A stretch of DNA of 36,428 nt from Tubiluchus corallicola (lineage: Eukaryota; Animalia; Priapulida): the NCBI GenBank assembly GCA_030141605.1, contig JAQGDQ010002443.1, positions 1-36,428 of the forward strand, in the 5' to 3' direction. Positions 30,521-36,428 of the stretch are shown here, in pieces. The number at the start of each line of letters is the position of its first letter. Positions within the stretch are counted from its first letter, which is position 1. A program made the translations under genes and the position numbers. Under the pieces are notes generated by a model. That model was given only the letters and a program-made list of their open reading frames with translations, ran no database searches and was not told the DNA's origin.

Positions 30521-31976
30521 ATGACGATGACAAAAGAAAGGACTAAAATAGTAAATGTTTTTGATGCAACTTTAATAGGCAAGGAAGTAAATATAAAGGG
30601 ATGGGTACGTACCAAAAGAGAAAGTAAAAATGTAGGTTTTATTTCTATGAATGATGGTTCTACTATAAAGAACCTACAAGTGGTAGTAGATATAGATAAT
30701 ATTAACCTAAAAGACTTATCCAAAATAACAACAGGGGCAAGTTTAAACATTATAGGAAAAATAGTAAAATCAGAAGGCAAAGAACAGTCGGAAGAACTAC
30801 TTGCCAGTTATATCGAAATATACGGGGAAGCTGACCCGGATAAATACCCTTTACAACCTAAAAAGCATTCATTAGAATTTTTGAGGGAGATTGCTCATCT
30901 ACGATTTAGAACTAATACTTTTAGTGCTATAGCAAGGGTGAGACATTCTATGATTTTTGCAGTACATCAGTTTTTCAATAAGAAAGGTTTTTACAATATA
31001 CATACACCTATTATTACAGCTTCTGATGCAGAAGGAGCTGGTGAACTGTTTCAGGTAACGACATTAAACGTTGATAATCCTCCTCGCACAAAAGAAGGAG
31101 AGATAGATTTTTCAGAAGATTTTTTTGGGAAACCAACTAATCTTACTGTTTCTGGGCAATTAGAAGGTGAACTGGCTGCATTAGCACTGTCCAATATTTA
31201 TACTTTTGGGCCTACTTTTAGAGCTGAAAATTCTAATACTGCTCGTCATCTTGCCGAGTTTTGGATGATAGAGCCAGAAATGGCTTTTTATGATATTGTG
31301 GATAATATGAACTTGGCAGAGGAGTTTTTAAAATATCTTATAAAATATGCCTTAGAAAACTGCAAGGAGGATTTGGAGTTTCTTAGTAAAAGACTGATAG
31401 AGGAAGAAAAAAATAAAAAAGCAGCAGAACGTTCTCCTATGGAGTTAATAGAAAAGTTGAAGTTTGTTGAAAATAATGATTTTGAGCGTATAACTTATAC
31501 GGAGGCTATAGATATATTGAAAAACTCTAAACCTAATAAAAAGAAAAAGTTTCAGTTTGTGATAGAAGGCTGGGGTGCTGATTTACAATCAGAACACGAA
31601 AGATATTTGGTGGAAAAGCACTTTAAAAAACCGGTAATTCTTACAGACTACCCTAAGGAAATAAAGGCTTTTTATATGAAATCAATGAATATGTGGCAAG
31701 ACGGTACGGGCTATGGATGTTCTATTTCCTGAAATAGGTGAAATAATAGGAGGTTCGCAAAGAGAAGAGAATTATGGCAAACTGCTTCAAAGAATGAAAG
31801 AAAATGATATACTTGTCGAAGAAATGGATTGGTTTTTGGATACTCGTAGATTTGGTTCAGTACCTCATTCTGGTTTTGGTTTAGGTTTTGAAAGGTTTAT
31901 TATGTTTGTTACAGGTATGAAGAATATTAGAGATGTAATACCTTTTCCAAGAACTCCCAAAAGCGTAGAGTTCTAA
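30521..31976 (+). CDS. asnS: Asparagine--tRNA ligase, split by a frameshift near 31681-31695 (probably a sequencing error)
   Basis: OB-fold KGWVRT; DAEGAGELF; [10 protein letters not shown]; [24 protein letters not shown]; the second frame continues [24 protein letters not shown]...[14 protein letters not shown]...[10 protein letters not shown]. Confidence 0.96.
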
Positions 31977-32058
31977 ATTAATAGCAATTTTAACTGATGA
32001 AAATCGTTCGTTTGAAGGGTGAAAATTGCAAGTTGTTTTTACTCTACGTTCCCAAATC

Positions 32059-32955
32059 TTAATTTTTAGCCATAAGCCTACTGCCTTTGTTTGTAACACT
32101 TAATTTTGCTTTACTGCCTACGATAAAAGCATCATTTATTTTTGTATGTCCTACAGGAGCATTAAAGGCTACAGGGAAACCGTAATCTTTTACTATATCA
32201 AAAATTATTTCATTAACAGTTTTCCCAAATTCATATTTTCCCACTTTTACCTGTCTAAAATCACCCACTATTAAGCCTTTTAGTTCCTGTAACTTTCCCG
32301 AAAGCATTACACTTTTCATCATACGGTCTATATTATAATCATATTCGTTCACATCTTCTACTACTAATATTTTATTTTTAAAGTCATATCCAAAGTCAAC
32401 TCCTAATAAGCTATAAATGATAGATAAATTACCTCCTATTAGTTCTCCTTCCGTTTTTCCTTCTATGTTCAAGTTGTTGTTTAACATCTCGTAGTCAAAA
32501 GTGCCGTGAAAAAGGCAGTTTTTTAGTCTCGTTAAAGACCTCCCATTTACTAGGCTATTTACCACAGGTGCATGAATGGTTTTTACTTTCAGCTTTTTGT
32601 TGACAAACGAATGAAAAGTAGTAATATCTGAAAAACCGACTAGCCACTTGGGGTTTTTGGAGAATATAGTAAAGTTCAATTTATCGATAATGCGAACTGA
32701 TCCATACCCACCCCTTGCAAAAAAAATAGCTTTTACATCAGTATCATCTAACATATTCTGTACGTCTTCTTGCCTTTCAGCGTCAGTTCCCGAAAAAAGA
32801 TGATGATGACTAAATGTGTGTTTCCCAATTACAGGTACTAAGCCCCATTCACTAATAAGGTTTAAATTGTTCAAAATCATATCTTTATCTACCCGCCCAG
32901 CAGGAGCCACAATACCTACCTTATCATTCTCTTTTAACAATGGAGGAGTTCTCAT
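32059..32955 (-). CDS. ldcA: LD-carboxypeptidase (peptidase S66)
   Basis: GIVAPAG, ARGGYGS, GFSDIT (catalytic Ser), GGNLS, EDVNE (Glu), PVGH (His). Confidence 0.95.
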   Translation of the reverse strand: MRTPPLLKENDKVGIVAPAGRVDKDMILNNLNLISEWGLVPVIGKHTFSHHHLFSGTDAERQEDVQNMLDDTDVKAIFFARGGYGSVRIIDKLNFTIFSKNPKWLVGFSDITTFHSFVNKKLKVKTIHAPVVNSLVNGRSLTRLKNCLFHGTFDYEMLNNNLNIEGKTEGELIGGNLSIIYSLLGVDFGYDFKNKILVVEDVNEYDYNIDRMMKSVMLSGKLQELKGLIVGDFRQVKVGKYEFGKTVNEIIFDIVKDYGFPVAFNAPVGHTKINDAFIVGSKAKLSVTNKGSRLMAKN

Positions 32956-33004
32956 ATATCCTATGATATTATGATTTTATTATTTATAACTATATTTGTA
33001 AAAT

Positions 33005-33012
33005 CAAAGATA
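33005..33012 (-). promoter_or_regulatory. Putative -7 promoter element for the S66 peptidase
   Basis: caaagata on + reads TATCTTTG on -, about 50 nt upstream of the start. Confidence 0.55.
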
Positions 33013-33586
33013 TAAAAATAAGTATATATAGTTTATCTTTATAGATAAGGAGAGAAAAGCTTATGTGCTTGCCTCTCTCAACTTATTTGAAGAAAAAATA
33101 ATATGAAAAATGATTATTTATGCTAAACAAATTTATAAAAAGTAACATAATAATAGCAAGACAATATGGAAATAAAGAAAGTTATTTTTAAATTGACACA
33201 TATACAAAGGAATAGTTATGTTTTGAGAATAGCTTTAAAAAACGGATGTGAAAAATTGAGATAAGAGAAATAAAAAATATTAGAAAAAATAGGTAAATTG
33301 CAAAGGATACAAGAAAAACCAAAATCGAAGGATTACAAAAATCTTTATAATATTTTTACTTAAAAAAAGGCTGTAAAAAACTTTGCTATCTGTTTTGCAA
33401 TTTTAAAAACAATAAGATAATGATGGATAACAAAAACAAGATTAGAGGCAGTTGGCAGCAAAATTATATAAAGAGTTATTCTGATTTTGGACTAGTTGTC
33501 CATTCAGGATATGATAAATTATTGAAATAAAACAACTCAAATCAAACTATTCTATTTTCATAAAACATATAAAGTAACTTCCCTTA

Positions 33587-35617
33587 ATGAAAGAATACAA
33601 ACGTTATCTCATAACTACTGCACTTCCTTATGCTAATGGTCCCGTTCATATTGGACATTTAGCAGGGGTGTATATACCAGCTGACATATATGCTAGATAT
33701 TTACGACTCAAAGGGGAGGATGTTTTACTCATAGGGGGTTCTGATGAACACGGAGTGCCAATCACTATAAAAGCCAAAAACGAAAATACTACTCCACAAG
33801 ATATAGTGGACAAGTACCACAGCATCATTAAAAAATCATTTCAAGATTTTGGTATTACCTTTGACATATACAGCCGCACTACTTCGAAGGTACATCACGA
33901 AACAGCTTCCCAATTTTTTAAAGTATTGTATGATAAAAATATCTTTATAGAGAAAGAAACGGAGCAGTATTACGACCCCAAAGCTCGGCAATTTCTTGCT
34001 GACCGATATATTAGTGGTACTTGCCCTCGTTGTAAGTACGACAAAGCCTATGGAGACCAGTGCGAATCCTGTGGAAATACGCTTAATGCAACCGAACTTA
34101 AATATCCAAAGTCTGTATTAACAGGGGATGTTCCTATTTTAAAGAGGACGAAGCATTGGTATTTGCCTCTTAACAAATACCAAAGTTTTCTCGAAAAATG
34201 GATATTACGTGATCATAAAGAATGGAAACCAAATGTAAGTGGACAATGTAAATCGTGGTTGGAAGAAGGTTTGCAACCTAGGGCTGTAAGTCGTGATTTA
34301 GACTGGGGTGTGCCAGTACCAGTAAAAGATGAAGCGGGCAAAGTTCTTTACGTATGGTTCGATGCTCCCATAGGCTACATATCAGCTACCAAAGAGCATA
34401 CACCTAATTGGGAGAAATATTGGAAAGACAAAGATACGAAGCTCGTTCATTTTATAGGTAAGGACAACATTGTTTTCCACTGCATTATTTTTCCTACAAT
34501 GCTTAAAGCCGAAGGTAGCTATATACTACCTGATAATGTTCCAGCCAATGAGTTTCTCAATTTAGAGAACAGTAAAATATCTACTTCTCGTAATTGGGCA
34601 GTATGGCTTCACGAGTATTTAGAGGAGTTTAAAGACCAACAAGATATTCTACGCTATGTTCTCACTGCCAATGCACCCGAAACGAAAGATAATGATTTTA
34701 CGTGGAAGGACTTCCAAGCCAGAAACAATAATGAACTTGTTGCTATACTTGGCAATTTCATTCATCGCACGGTAGTATTGGTGAATAAATATTACAATGG
34801 AAAAATTCCCTCAGCAAATATAAAGCCTTATAAGAAGATCTTTGACCAAATAGCGAATCATAAAGAAATCATAGAAAAAGCCATAGAAACCTACCACTTT
34901 CGAGAGGCTCTAAAAGAAACGATGAGCATAGCCCGTATAGGTAATAAATTTCTTGCAGAAACTGAACCCTGGAAGCTTATAAAAACCGATCCTGAACAAG
35001 TAAAGCAAATACTTAATGTATGTGCTCAAATTACTGCAAAGCTGTCAATATTAATAGAGCCATTTTTGCCTTTTACGGCGAAAAAACTCCAAAAACTAAT
35101 CAACATAAAAAACACGGAGTGGAATAAAACAGAAGAAGAAGTTCTTTTAGAAGAAGGTCATAAGTTAAATCAGCCCGAACTACTTTTTAAAAAAATAGAA
35201 GATAAACAAGTACAGTATCAAATGAATAAACTTAACAAAACAAAACAAATGAATCAAGACCAAAATACACCTACAATAAAACCTCAAAAAGAAAAGATTA
35301 ACTTTGATCATTTTATGAAAACTGACATTAGGGTAGGAAAAATATTGGAAGCGAAAAAAATACCTCAGACGGATAAGTTATTACAACTGAAAGTAGATGT
35401 AGGTACAGAAAAACGCACCATAGTATCAGGGATAGCCGAACAATACCAACCCCAAGATCTAATAGAGAAACAGGTATGTGTGTTACTCAATCTTGAACCG
35501 AGAAAACTAAGAGGGATAATCTCAGAAGGAATGATATTAATGGCAGAAGACTATCAAGGTAAGTTATCACTCATCGCACCACAGCAACAGATGCCAGAAG
35601 GGACACAAGTATTATAG
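33587..35617 (+). CDS. metG: Methionine--tRNA ligase with C-terminal tRNA-binding domain
   Basis: [14 protein letters not shown] (HIGH), GSDEHG, Zn knuckle CPRC...[19 protein letters not shown] (KMSKS equivalent), C-terminal OB domain (DIRVGKI...RTIVSGIA...SEGMILMA). Confidence 0.99.
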   Translation: MKEYKRYLITTALPYANGPVHIGHLAGVYIPADIYARYLRLKGEDVLLIGGSDEHGVPITIKAKNENTTPQDIVDKYHSIIKKSFQDFGITFDIYSRTTSKVHHETASQFFKVLYDKNIFIEKETEQYYDPKARQFLADRYISGTCPRCKYDKAYGDQCESCGNTLNATELKYPKSVLTGDVPILKRTKHWYLPLNKYQSFLEKWILRDHKEWKPNVSGQCKSWLEEGLQPRAVSRDLDWGVPVPVKDEAGKVLYVWFDAPIGYISATKEHTPNWEKYWKDKDTKLVHFIGKDNIVFHCIIFPTMLKAEGSYILPDNVPANEFLNLENSKISTSRNWAVWLHEYLEEFKDQQDILRYVLTANAPETKDNDFTWKDFQARNNNELVAILGNFIHRTVVLVNKYYNGKIPSANIKPYKKIFDQIANHKEIIEKAIETYHFREALKETMSIARIGNKFLAETEPWKLIKTDPEQVKQILNVCAQITAKLSILIEPFLPFTAKKLQKLINIKNTEWNKTEEEVLLEEGHKLNQPELLFKKIEDKQVQYQMNKLNKTKQMNQDQNTPTIKPQKEKINFDHFMKTDIRVGKILEAKKIPQTDKLLQLKVDVGTEKRTIVSGIAEQYQPQDLIEKQVCVLLNLEPRKLRGIISEGMILMAEDYQGKLSLIAPQQQMPEGTQVL

Positions 35618-35642
35618 ATAAAGAAAATAACAAAATCTATAT

Positions 35643-36208
35643 ATGGATAACGACAGTATAAATACGCAAAATATTCCTAGTAAAATTGAGGATAATAAAC
35701 CTGAAAAAATAAAATTACAACTAGGGGAAGGAGGAAAAATAACCATAGACCCAGGCGCTATCGTCCTACCCACAATAGAAAGTAAAGTAGAAGTTCCGCA
35801 GACCTCTATAAAAAGGAAAAAAGTTTATAAAAAGAAAATAATCCCTCGTGCAGATACTACTCTGTATGTCAAAAGCCCTAACGTTTATTACCTACACTCA
35901 GTAGAAACTTATTTTAAAAACCAGCAAAAACCTATCAATTTTATATCAGAAGATAGTAAAAATGAAAAAGCCCTAAAATATCTACAATATCCTCAGTCTA
36001 CAATATCGTTAAATACTCCTCCTATTCACTTATACGATATCTGCGAACTAAAAAATAATCTTTTTGCACATGCACAAAAGGAAACATCAGTCCCAGCAGA
36101 AATTCTCACGGCTAAAACATCTCAACAAGTAACGGGTAGCTATTGGGTACTATTCATCATACTACTAAACCTAATTATTATAATATGGCTAAGGTTTCTT
36201 TACAATAG
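35643..36208 (+). CDS. Membrane protein N-terminal part, possibly DUF4271-like; truncated by an adapter artifact
   Basis: Polar N-terminus, then one TM helix YWVLFIILLNLIIIIWLRFLY; the stop at 36222-36224 falls inside the adapter sequence. The DUF4271 call is a recollection-based guess. Confidence 0.55.
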
Positions 36209-36254
36209 AGCAATACGTAACTGAACGAAGTACAACTTAAAGTTACGTATTGCT
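36209..36254. other. Oxford Nanopore ligation adapter remnants, back to back (chimeric read junction)
   Basis: 36209-36234 agcaatacgtaactgaacgaagtaca is the reverse complement of the adapter core TGTACTTCGTTCAGTTACGTATTGCT; 36241-36254 agttacgtattgct is the adapter 3' end in forward orientation. Confidence 0.95.
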
Positions 36255-36428
36255 TCAGAAGTCTGGATGACATGCAATATTGGTTGTAAAGAGCATTTGA
36301 GACAGTCAGGGATTAATGTGTGGATGATTAAGAGATGATAGTGTGCAAACCCCGGTAGGTGAGAAGAGATCGTGTTGGAGTGACAGTTTGTAGCAATGAG
36401 GTGAATGCAAAAGTGGACCGAATCAATC

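Noticed and set aside
31984-32029. Terminator between convergent asnS and the S66 peptidase (gcaatttt / aaaattgc)
   Set aside because: An 8-bp AT-rich stem with a loop of about 30 nt is too weak to call.
192-33828. Many short antisense or alternate-frame ORFs in the ORF track (e.g. 7709-8071, 18455-18817, 21539-21979, 24514-24837, 30505-30780)
   Set aside because: They overlap well-supported genes and look like shadow ORFs with no motifs of their own.
36209-36428. Group II intron, IS end or terminator interrupting the last ORF
   Set aside because: The inverted repeat is fully explained by Nanopore adapter sequence; there is no GUGYG start at the junction, no transposase and no target-site duplication.

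Overview
AT-rich Bacteroidota genomic DNA in two parts. (1) 199-18385 is a co-directional polysaccharide utilization locus (PUL) for a sulfated glycan: a hybrid two-component regulator (HTCS), two unannotated lipoproteins that share a homologous C-terminal domain, SusC, SusD, two Cys-type S1 sulfatases, a parallel beta-helix enzyme with a GH136-like D-x6-D motif, and a third, lipoprotein-type sulfatase. A 17-bp direct repeat with a 22-bp period lies upstream of the operon (candidate HTCS operator), and a terminator hairpin closes it. (2) 18.5-36.2 kb is mostly housekeeping: standalone Hpt protein, ComB-family phosphatase, YraN, ppdK, rpoN, metK, a 793-aa secreted orphan, asnS (split by a local frameshift), S66 LD-carboxypeptidase, metG and a truncated membrane protein. 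The end of the window is not genuine genome. At 36209-36254 two Oxford Nanopore ligation-adapter sequences sit back to back, so the last ~220 bp is a chimeric-read artifact, and the asnS frameshift is probably also a sequencing error. All family and subfamily assignments come from motifs recognised by eye, not from database searches.
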